From the IMG/VR virus record IMGVR_UViG_3300020424_000652: a stretch of 64,000 nt of DNA, one strand, 5' to 3'. Source of the stretch: a virus. This document shows, piece after piece, positions 47,637-55,613 of this stretch. Both the position numbers and the translations under genes were made by a program. The notes beneath the pieces are model-generated. The model searched no databases. It was not told the origin of the DNA and saw nothing but the letters and a program-made list of their open reading frames with translations. The stretch's first letter is position 1. Every line of letters begins with the position of its first letter.

Positions 47637-48933
47637 AACTTTTTGCCCTTTGCCATGGATACATTTAGCTACAAGACCTAATGGAGATGTTAGAGTTTGT
47701 TGTACTGCCAATGCCAGTGGTGCAGGTAAAGAAGATGAAAAGACAGCAGGACTTGTTAAGAAAGATGGTATAGCAATGAACTTGCGTGACCATACAATAG
47801 AAGAAGTATGGAACAGTGAACACATGAGAAGAACAAGACTGCAAATGTTAAATGGAGAAGTGCCAAGCAGTTGCGTAAAATGTTTTAATGAAGAAGCAAA
47901 AGGTATAACAAGTAAACGCCAATGGGAAACTGAAGAATGGAAACAACGTTTAGACTTTAACAAACTTATTGCAAGTACACAAGATGATGGTACTGCACCT
48001 GTAAATATTCCTTACTTTGATCTTCGTTTAGGAAACTTATGTCAACTTAAATGTGTTATGTGTAGTCCACATGATAGTTCAAGTTGGATCAAAGAATGGA
48101 AACTACAATATCCACAGTATAAAAACAAAGATTTAATTGCAGATCAAGGTTGGGACGATCAATATGATTATACTTGGTACAAGAAAGGATCTTTTATAGA
48201 TTCGATGAAAAGTCAAGCACAGCACATACAGGAACTATACTTTGCAGGTGGTGAACCATTATTGATACCTGAACATTATGCAATATTAGAATTTATGGTT
48301 GCGGAAGGATATGCAAAAGACTGTAATTTAAGATATAATTCAAATGGGTTAGAATTACCAGACAAATTATTTCAGTTATGGGATCATTTCAAAGAAATTA
48401 GATTTAATTTTAGCATAGATGCTTACGGACAACGTAATGAATATATACGTTACCCAAGCAAGTGGTCGGACGTTGAAACCAACTTAAAAAGACTTGATCA
48501 AAATACAAAGGACAACACAGTTATCAATATTGCCTGTGCAGTACAATTATTAAATGCAGGGTACATAGATGAACTAGCTGAATGGAAAATGGATCAAGGA
48601 TTTAGTAAAATCAATCCTTCAATGTTCGGCGGAGGAATAATAGGAACACATTTAGTCTATTTGCCATCATACTTGAACGTACAAGTTTTACCTAAATCAG
48701 CTAAAGATTGGATTAAGGAAAAAGTAGAAACTTTTATAGATAGACAAAAATTTAATTTAGAATTTAATCAACATCCGTATGGAGCACAACGTTGGCATGG
48801 TTTGTTAAAATACATGATGCAAGAAGACTGGAGTCACAAGTTACCAGCTTTACAAGAATATTTAAAAGTAACAGATGAAAGACGTGGGACAGATTTTAGA
48901 AAAACGTTTCCTGAACTAGGACAGTTTATATGA
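47629..48933 (+). CDS. Radical SAM enzyme with N-terminal SPASM/Twitch-like domain (rSAM 5)
   Basis: FCPLPW...GDVRVCC...CVKCF, then CQLKCVMC and AGGEP. Confidence 0.9.
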   Translation: MTKTFCPLPWIHLATRPNGDVRVCCTANASGAGKEDEKTAGLVKKDGIAMNLRDHTIEEVWNSEHMRRTRLQMLNGEVPSSCVKCFNEEAKGITSKRQWETEEWKQRLDFNKLIASTQDDGTAPVNIPYFDLRLGNLCQLKCVMCSPHDSSSWIKEWKLQYPQYKNKDLIADQGWDDQYDYTWYKKGSFIDSMKSQAQHIQELYFAGGEPLLIPEHYAILEFMVAEGYAKDCNLRYNSNGLELPDKLFQLWDHFKEIRFNFSIDAYGQRNEYIRYPSKWSDVETNLKRLDQNTKDNTVINIACAVQLLNAGYIDELAEWKMDQGFSKINPSMFGGGIIGTHLVYLPSYLNVQVLPKSAKDWIKEKVETFIDRQKFNLEFNQHPYGAQRWHGLLKYMMQEDWSHKLPALQEYLKVTDERRGTDFRKTFPELGQFI

Positions 48934-49520
48934 GAAAAATAATTGTAACAGGCAGTGAAAGTGTAATAGGAAAAGCTATAATGGAGGGTCTGTGGTGGTT
49001 TGTTGATGATTACGAGATAATAGGACTTGATAAGAAAAATGGTCAAGATGTGCTAGACAATCTTGAGCTGATAGCAACAGCAGACATACTGATCAACAAC
49101 GCATATATTCCTGTAGATCAAAACGCATTGTTTATGGCTTGGTGTAAGACAAACAAGGACAAGGCCAAACTGTGTGTAAATATTAGCAGTCAAATTGCTA
49201 GTGCAGAAGATCCTAGCAAGTTTGCAACAGAACAGTATTACATAGATAAAAAGTATATGGACGAACAGAGTGTAGAGATAAACAAGAATCATTGGAAGTG
49301 CAAAGTTAGTGTAATAAGCCCTAACATCACTAAATCAAATTTATCTGAGCTAAACCTAGCAACGGGGCCTTTTAAAAAATGGGTTGAAAATTTATATAGT
49401 ACCCACGAAAAAAATGGTACTTTGATAAAAGAAGAATCAATATCAAATTGTGTAAAATACATAATTGAAAGTTGGTTAGAAGGAACACACATTTCAAGAA
49501 TAGAGGTTAGGAACCCATGA
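48930..49520 (+). CDS. Short atypical SDR-like oxidoreductase
   Basis: IIVTGSESVIG, INNA, NISS, YxxxK (YYIDK), ISP. Confidence 0.6.
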   Translation: MRKIIVTGSESVIGKAIMEGLWWFVDDYEIIGLDKKNGQDVLDNLELIATADILINNAYIPVDQNALFMAWCKTNKDKAKLCVNISSQIASAEDPSKFATEQYYIDKKYMDEQSVEINKNHWKCKVSVISPNITKSNLSELNLATGPFKKWVENLYSTHEKNGTLIKEESISNCVKYIIESWLEGTHISRIEVRNP

Positions 49521-50428
49521 AACTAACATACAAAGATCCTGCAAAAAATAATTGGTTCCTAGTCAGTTGGACATTGTCTAACAAGTGTAATTATAGATGT
49601 GAATACTGTCCAGACATATTACATAATGGAAGTACAGGACAACCTCAATGGTCAACTGTAAAAAGATTTGTGCAAAACTTTAATTTAAAAGATAAAAAAA
49701 TTTGTTATAGATTAAGTGGAGGAGAACCCACTTATTGGAAACACTTTATTGATCTTGCAGAACTTGTTAAAGAAGAAGGTCACAAGTTTACCTTTGTAAG
49801 TAATGGCAGTCAAAGTCCTGAGTATTTTAAAAAGATTGCTCCTTACACAGATGGTATGATGTTAAGTTATCATAAAGCATACGCAAATCCTGAACATTTC
49901 ATAAAAATTATAAATGAAAGCAAAATAGAAACTGTGATAAACATGATGTTATTGCCTAGTGACTTCGAAGAAATTTTTGCACTTGCTGAAAAAATTTATA
50001 GCTCAACTGCAAGAGCTAGTATAGTTCCTAAGGTTATAGTTGACAAAACAAGTTCTGAAAACATCACAAATGAAGTTATGACATACACAGAAGCACAAAA
50101 ACAATTAATTAAAGATTGGCCTTTTTCACGTAAAGTAAATGATGAAGAATTACATAGGGGTGCTATGATGTTAAATGATGAAGTTGTAAATGCTAATGAT
50201 TTAATATTGCAAGATAAAAACAAGTTTAGTGGTTGGAACTGTTGGGCAGGATTACACGGAGTCAATATAGATATGTGGGGAAATATGTATAGGGCTGACT
50301 GTCAGTTTGGCGGAGCAATAGGAAACTTAGAAAGATACAAACTGCCAAAGGAAAAAATACTTTGTGGCAAAGAAAGATGCAGTTGTTTAAGCGACATATA
50401 CATAAGGAAAGAAAATGAAAAAGTATAA
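49517..50428 (+). CDS. Radical SAM enzyme with C-terminal Twitch-like domain (rSAM 6; paralogue of rSAM 3)
   Basis: CNYRCEYC, SGGEP; WNCWAG...RADC...CGKERCSC. Confidence 0.9.
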   Translation: MKLTYKDPAKNNWFLVSWTLSNKCNYRCEYCPDILHNGSTGQPQWSTVKRFVQNFNLKDKKICYRLSGGEPTYWKHFIDLAELVKEEGHKFTFVSNGSQSPEYFKKIAPYTDGMMLSYHKAYANPEHFIKIINESKIETVINMMLLPSDFEEIFALAEKIYSSTARASIVPKVIVDKTSSENITNEVMTYTEAQKQLIKDWPFSRKVNDEELHRGAMMLNDEVVNANDLILQDKNKFSGWNCWAGLHGVNIDMWGNMYRADCQFGGAIGNLERYKLPKEKILCGKERCSCLSDIYIRKENEKV

Positions 50429-50606
50429 AATTGGATTAATTCAGGCAGTTATAGTTTTAGTGCCAACATACTTGGTAGCATATCTCACAGATAAGATGGT
50501 TTATACCATTCCAATGTTAGCGGCCGCAAGTTTTATTGCCGCATCATTTAGTAAAGACACAACTACTAAACGTATTGATGATATCTCTAAAGAAGGTAAA
50601 GATTAA
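50415..50606 (+). CDS. Small two-helix membrane protein
   Basis: 63 aa with two hydrophobic stretches; AAGGA RBS; coupled to the next gene. Confidence 0.55.
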   Translation: MKKYKIGLIQAVIVLVPTYLVAYLTDKMVYTIPMLAAASFIAASFSKDTTTKRIDDISKEGKD

Positions 50607-51157
50607 TGAAAATATTAGTTACAGGTAATCCAAACTATGAAGGACTATGCAAAGGCATATACGAAGCATACAATCGTAATTTTGTAGAATTTATAGGAAG
50701 ATGGAATGGTTGGGATCTTACAGATTATGAAAAGGTGGCAAACTATGCCAAGTCATATGATGTATTTGTTAACAGCCAATACGGTCCTAACGGAGAACAA
50801 GTTGAGCTGTTAGATGCTGTATATGAAAAGTTTGATAGCGGACACATAATAAACATCAGCAGTACAAGTTCTTACTGGGGTGATGGTTACAGTCCTAGAA
50901 ACTATATTGAAAATAAAACTTTGCTTGACGGAAGAAGCAAAAGGTTAGCAAAAAATGTATGCTGGGGTGACAGTAAAATACGGATTAGTAATATTGCTTT
51001 TGGTCAACTAAACAGTCAAAGTCAAAAAAATAAAGATGATACTAGACACAAGATAAGTTTGCTCGAAGCAGGAAAATATGTGAAGTGGGTAATAGATTCA
51101 CCTCGTGATATTAATCTACATTATATTGCTTTGGATCCTATCCAAACAGGGGAGTAA
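50606..51157 (+). CDS. Short atypical SDR-like oxidoreductase
   Basis: ILVTG..., DVFVN, IINISS, YxxxK (YIENK). Confidence 0.6.
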   Translation: MKILVTGNPNYEGLCKGIYEAYNRNFVEFIGRWNGWDLTDYEKVANYAKSYDVFVNSQYGPNGEQVELLDAVYEKFDSGHIINISSTSSYWGDGYSPRNYIENKTLLDGRSKRLAKNVCWGDSKIRISNIAFGQLNSQSQKNKDDTRHKISLLEAGKYVKWVIDSPRDINLHYIALDPIQTGE

Positions 51158-52262
51158 GTTCTGGACAATGATCTAGTACTCTTGTGTTTCTAATTTTATC
51201 TAAATCATTTGTGTAGTTTATAAAAGCATCAATATACTTAGGTGCTTGTTCAGATTGTGTATAATTTATCTTAGGTAATCTAAAATCAATCTTATCTAAT
51301 ATCTCGTTAGGCAAAACTCTTGGATTCAAATAAGGAGGGGCTGTAACCACGTTGTTGAAATATATTTCCCAGTTGTCTTTTTTGTTTTCTTCAAACCACC
51401 AATGTATTTTATCAAGGTGTGCTATGTTGTAAGCCATCACAGTCACAGCAATAATTATTCTATCAAAATCATATTGTTTTAAATTTTCATTTAGTTGTTC
51501 AAATGTAAAGTTTTTTCCGCCTCGAATGTATTCATATAAACCATCTGTGCCTTCCAAACTCACAGTCCATTTTGTTTCCTTGTATTGTTTGGCCAATTGA
51601 GCGACTTCTTCATCTACTATTGTGCCATTAGTAGTCCAGTCTATAGTTATGTTCTTTGCTATTCCTAAATCAATAAATTTTTTAAGTATCAATTTATTTG
51701 CAGGTTCCATGTAAGGTTCGCCACCTTTGATGCTAAGATATCTCAAGTTCATGAATGGTGTTGGATCCTCAAACAGTCTAGCAACTATTTCATCGCTTTT
51801 ATTGGTGTATCCGAATTCTGGATCATCTATTCTACGTCCATAGGGGTTACCGTTTTGTGCTAATTTAAGATCATCTTTTACCCAAGCACTTGAATTTATT
51901 CCATCGCACATTCTACACTTTAGGTTACAGATATTGCTCATATTGAATTCCAAAAAGTAGATATCTGTGAAGTTTTTGGAGTAATCATAATTGGTATTTT
52001 CTAGCATTGGATTCAAAATATCTTTGAAAAATAATCTCCTGCTATGACCCACAGAGAGCTCTTTTAAAGCACATTGTTGACACTCGGGCGGTAAGTGGCC
52101 CGCTCTTATTGAATCACGTGTGTATGACGCTGTATAGCTGTTTAAAAGGTCATTTAAAGACGATTCTAGCACGTTTCCGTAACGTTTTAAGTACACACCA
52201 TCAGGTACTATGTCACCATTAAAACGTACCAAAATACTATGCCATGGTGCGAAGCATTTCAT
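51138..52262 (-). CDS. Radical SAM enzyme with degenerate N-terminal Twitch-like domain (rSAM 7)
   Basis: CFAPW...GDIVPDG...CQQC, then CNLKCRMC and KGGEP; start ATG 52262 after GGAG. Confidence 0.9.
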   Translation of the reverse strand: MKCFAPWHSILVRFNGDIVPDGVYLKRYGNVLESSLNDLLNSYTASYTRDSIRAGHLPPECQQCALKELSVGHSRRLFFKDILNPMLENTNYDYSKNFTDIYFLEFNMSNICNLKCRMCDGINSSAWVKDDLKLAQNGNPYGRRIDDPEFGYTNKSDEIVARLFEDPTPFMNLRYLSIKGGEPYMEPANKLILKKFIDLGIAKNITIDWTTNGTIVDEEVAQLAKQYKETKWTVSLEGTDGLYEYIRGGKNFTFEQLNENLKQYDFDRIIIAVTVMAYNIAHLDKIHWWFEENKKDNWEIYFNNVVTAPPYLNPRVLPNEILDKIDFRLPKINYTQSEQAPKYIDAFINYTNDLDKIRNTRVLDHCPELTPLFG

Positions 52263-52701
52263 CGTATTTTTCTCCAAAAGCTGATCGTAGATCGCTTTCC
52301 ATTTTTGTTTGAATTTCCTGTGGTGAATATATTCCTACGTTATCCCAATCTACAAGATAAGTGTTATCTCCATCTAAAAGTATATTGCTTAACACCCAAT
52401 CATAGTGTGCATATGGCAAAGTTTGATCTAATGTTTCATTACAAAAAGTGTATATCCTTTTAAAAAATTTTGGTGTGTGTGGCACTTTGTTTGCCGGCGT
52501 GCCAGGTACTATATGATAATCTATGAACATACTATTTTTTGTTGTGCCATAATCTAATACATATCCTGGTATCACTTTGTCTAAAATAGATATGTGTTCT
52601 TCTAAGGCAAACTCATCATGGATATACCAAACCTTACGATATCTATCATCTAACTTGTAAACTTCTCTTTTCTTTTCTATATTCTTTTTAATTAATTCCA
52701 T
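52237..52701 (-). CDS. Minimal protein-kinase-like fold phosphotransferase (APH/RIO/Kdo-kinase-like)
   Basis: Catalytic loop HYDWVLSNIL and metal-binding LVDWD; only 154 aa. Confidence 0.65.
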   Translation of the reverse strand: MELIKKNIEKKREVYKLDDRYRKVWYIHDEFALEEHISILDKVIPGYVLDYGTTKNSMFIDYHIVPGTPANKVPHTPKFFKRIYTFCNETLDQTLPYAHYDWVLSNILLDGDNTYLVDWDNVGIYSPQEIQTKMESDLRSAFGEKYDEMLRTMA

Positions 52702-53722
52702 AGTATCCTGCCACTTCTGGTAAGTATTCCTTGATGCTACAACCTCTATTTTTATCTAACACACCTATCCACTTTTTAAATTCTTCCTGCTTTTCAATAC
52801 TTGTAGGGTGATTCATCCAGTAATCAAAATGTGCAATATTATCTTTCATTGCCTGTGGTGCATTTTTTATGTGTAGACAATCTGGAGTCATTAGCAAGTT
52901 ATCAAATATTTCTAATTGGTTTGCCTGTGCATATTCAACATAGTCATCATATTCTAAAACATTCATTATTTGCACAGTAGGACCTAAACTTACATCAGCT
53001 ACCTCTCTAAATTTATTAAGGTTGTATTCTACAACGTCCCAATTACTACCCCAACGTATGTAATCATTTGTTCTGCCTATACCATCAATGCTAAAGTTCA
53101 TGTTCACACGTTCGAATCTTTTAAGTTCATTAAAAACTTTCGGATTAAACAATGTACCATTAGTGTTAAATCTTACTTCAACTGATGGATCTAGTTTTGC
53201 AAGAAACTTGTTTAGTCCTTTCACCATCATAGGTTCACCACCTGTAAGATATACTTCTCTTAAATTAGGATTACGTGCTAATGTTTCTCCCTGCTCATCT
53301 GTATACCAGTTGTATAAGCCATAGTCAAACCAACCCCATGGGCTTTCGCCTTTTGCCTTTAGTTCTTTGTGTTCTTCGTACAAACTACTAGAACTACCTG
53401 GGTAACACATGGTACAACGTAAATTACATTGGTTTCCAAACCTTATATCCAAATGACTTATACCAGGACCATATTCTCTTGGTCTTTGACGCATACTTGG
53501 TCTACCAGCTTCTTCCATCAGCTTACATTTTTTACAAGCATCTGGCCATTCATTGTTAGCAAGTTGCTCACGTGCTTTTGTAGGTGTTTCACTTGCTAAC
53601 CATTGTTCTGGAGTCATTTGTTTTATGTTTTCTTTGTTTGTCTTTTCATTACTAATGCAACACAAACGAAACTCGCCATCAGGGCGTATCATTACTTGAT
53701 GATCTAAATACTTACACCTCAC
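52688..53722 (-). CDS. Radical SAM enzyme with N-terminal SPASM/Twitch-like domain (rSAM 8)
   Basis: MRC...GEFRLCC...CKKC, then CNLRCTMC and TGGEP. Confidence 0.9.
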   Translation of the reverse strand: MRCKYLDHQVMIRPDGEFRLCCISNEKTNKENIKQMTPEQWLASETPTKAREQLANNEWPDACKKCKLMEEAGRPSMRQRPREYGPGISHLDIRFGNQCNLRCTMCYPGSSSSLYEEHKELKAKGESPWGWFDYGLYNWYTDEQGETLARNPNLREVYLTGGEPMMVKGLNKFLAKLDPSVEVRFNTNGTLFNPKVFNELKRFERVNMNFSIDGIGRTNDYIRWGSNWDVVEYNLNKFREVADVSLGPTVQIMNVLEYDDYVEYAQANQLEIFDNLLMTPDCLHIKNAPQAMKDNIAHFDYWMNHPTSIEKQEEFKKWIGVLDKNRGCSIKEYLPEVAGYYGIN

Positions 53723-54740
53723 CGCAAGTTACCTCACAAATTTTAAACCTATTTTCACTAGACCAACTTTCAGGCAGATCTTGTGCAAAGAAAGGACTGT
53801 CTAATATAACTTCCAAAGGCATATCATTTACATTAAGCCAATCTACTTTTGATACTTCTTGTGCATAAGGGCTTTCTACTTCTCTTGGATATCTGTCAGA
53901 TAGCATATAGCAACAAGGAAATACTTCACCAACATGGCTAACTTGTATTTTTCTTTTCTTTTGCCATTTACAAGTTATACATGATTTCTTGAATCCATCA
54001 GCCAAACTGCCATGTTTTTGTTTCAAATCTTTTAAACGTTTTAAATTATCTAGTTTGCTTGTATCGTATTTTATTGTACGAGCTTGTTCCCGTTTGTTGG
54101 CTTTAAATTTTTCTATTGCTTTATTAACCATACTATTCATAGCAGTAAAAGTATGTCCACCATTTATATCAAATTTTGCAAATCCCATTTTTTTACTTAA
54201 TTCTTCTGCTTGTTCTAATTGATGTGCATTGTGTTCAAACACCAACATACGCCATCTTCCTAATCCACCTGCGTCTAAAAATGCTTGGGCGTTTTCCATT
54301 ACCTTATTCCATTTAACATTTCTTCTGTAAAGATGATTTGTATCTTCTAAACCGTCTATGCTAAAAACTACATGAGTTGGAAATGGAAAGTCTTTTAATT
54401 TATTTGCTAGTTCATCAAAGTATTTAGGCTGTCTCATACCACCATTGGTATGTATATGGATAATAGGTTTTTTGTAGTTTTTTAAATAATCCAAACATTC
54501 AAACAAGTGTGGACTTACCAAAGGATCTCCATATGATCCATTGAATACAATCTGATTGATGTTTCTTAAAACATTCTCACTGAACAGATTTTTGAATGTT
54601 GCAGGACTCATATGTTCAAGAGGCATACGTGGATTTACTTCTACTCCACCTAAATTTCTTGAACAGTTACCACACATAGCATTACAATGAGCAGTAAAAT
54701 CTACTGTAATCGTATCTATATCTTCTATATCCAAATACAT
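53712..54740 (-). CDS. Radical SAM enzyme with C-terminal SPASM/Twitch domain (rSAM 9; paralogue of rSAM 4)
   Basis: CNAMCGNC, GSYGDP, HTNG, FSIDG; CKW...GEVFPCC...CEVTC. Start reassigned to ATG 54740 (MYLDIEDI aligns with MYKIEDI of rSAM 4). Confidence 0.9.
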   Translation of the reverse strand: MYLDIEDIDTITVDFTAHCNAMCGNCSRNLGGVEVNPRMPLEHMSPATFKNLFSENVLRNINQIVFNGSYGDPLVSPHLFECLDYLKNYKKPIIHIHTNGGMRQPKYFDELANKLKDFPFPTHVVFSIDGLEDTNHLYRRNVKWNKVMENAQAFLDAGGLGRWRMLVFEHNAHQLEQAEELSKKMGFAKFDINGGHTFTAMNSMVNKAIEKFKANKREQARTIKYDTSKLDNLKRLKDLKQKHGSLADGFKKSCITCKWQKKRKIQVSHVGEVFPCCYMLSDRYPREVESPYAQEVSKVDWLNVNDMPLEVILDSPFFAQDLPESWSSENRFKICEVTCGEV

Positions 54741-54742
54741 GA

Positions 54743-54754
54743 TAAGTATATTTA
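54743..54754. promoter_or_regulatory. Abutting divergent late promoter pair
   Basis: TAAGTA on + (54743-54748) directly followed by TATTTA, i.e. TAAATA on - (54749-54754), in the 35-nt divergent gap. Confidence 0.5.
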
Positions 54755-54775
54755 ACTGAATTATAAGGTAGTTTA

Positions 54776-55486
54776 ATGGATATAGAACATACAAAAACCC
54801 TGGAAACATTCTGGAAAGAACACAAAAAAGACGTAAATTTTTTATACCAAGATGTATTTGACCCAATGTGGTTAGTTGAAGAATCGCATTGGCCTTTCTT
54901 TAAACTATCAGCACTGGACAATCAACCCTGGGCTAAAATGCACAACGAAGCAGAAAGTTTGTTAGAGTCTTTTCACGATCATAGAGATGATTATGGCTAT
55001 GGTTGGAAGAGCTTAACAATACATGGATTAGATGATGATACTCAAACATTAGACAGTTATGGTGATAGAGACAAAGTAATTAAACAATTAGATTGGACAT
55101 GGGTAGCAGACAAGTGTCCTACTGTGAAAACTTTTTTAAAAGATGTATGGCCTATGGAGTATCTCAATAGAGTAAGATTTATGTTGCTGGAACCAGGAGG
55201 ATATATTTTGCCTCATCAAGATAGAGATGCAAAAGAAAAAAGATTAAGTGTATGCAACATAGCCTTAAACAATCCTGATGACTGTGAATTTATTTTTAAG
55301 GATCATGGAGTCGTGCCTTTCCAAGATAAAGGCGGTGCGTTTTTAATGGACATCAGCAACGTTCATGCAGTATGGAACAAAAGTGATGTACCAAGGATAC
55401 ACATGATAATACATGGTGAAGTTGGTAGAAGATTACGTGATATGTTTTATGTGTTAAGACAAAGTTATTACACTAATAGGGGATAA
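54776..55486 (+). CDS. Aspartyl/asparaginyl beta-hydroxylase-like 2OG-Fe(II) oxygenase
   Basis: RVRFMLLEPGGYILPHQD (HxD)...HAVWNKSDVPRIHMIIH. Confidence 0.8.
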   Translation: MDIEHTKTLETFWKEHKKDVNFLYQDVFDPMWLVEESHWPFFKLSALDNQPWAKMHNEAESLLESFHDHRDDYGYGWKSLTIHGLDDDTQTLDSYGDRDKVIKQLDWTWVADKCPTVKTFLKDVWPMEYLNRVRFMLLEPGGYILPHQDRDAKEKRLSVCNIALNNPDDCEFIFKDHGVVPFQDKGGAFLMDISNVHAVWNKSDVPRIHMIIHGEVGRRLRDMFYVLRQSYYTNRG

Positions 55487-55487
55487 A

Positions 55488-55613
55488 ATGTTAACTTGGT
55501 TTTTAGTAGGAATATTAGCTGGCTTGTTCATTAGATGTACTTGTAAGCCACACAAATCTGTTGACGACAAGTTCAAAGATCCTTGGAACTGGACAGGGTT
55601 CGGAGGCGGTTAA
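55488..55613 (+). CDS. 41-aa small ORF (hydrophobic N-terminus, CTC, C-terminal WNWTGFGGG); not in ORF track
   Basis: ATG 55488 after AGGGG. MLTWFLVGILAGLFIRCTCKPHKSVDDKFKDPWNWTGFGGG; its stop overlaps the next ATG (TAATG) and it fills the gap exactly. Confidence 0.7.
   Translation: MLTWFLVGILAGLFIRCTCKPHKSVDDKFKDPWNWTGFGGG

Noticed and set aside
33899-54740. Assigning the radical SAM genes to MoaA, PqqE, anSME, QueE, NrdG or viperin
   Set aside because: No partner genes (moaC, pqqA-D, sulfatase, queC/queD/folE/dpdA, nrdD) in the window, and the domain architectures differ.
54741-54866. 42-aa N-terminal extension of rSAM 9 in the ORF track (similar extensions at 35196, 36143, 41578, 43191, 52277, 55583)
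   Set aside because: They overlap neighbouring genes; downstream ATGs fit RBS/promoter positions and paralogue alignments better.
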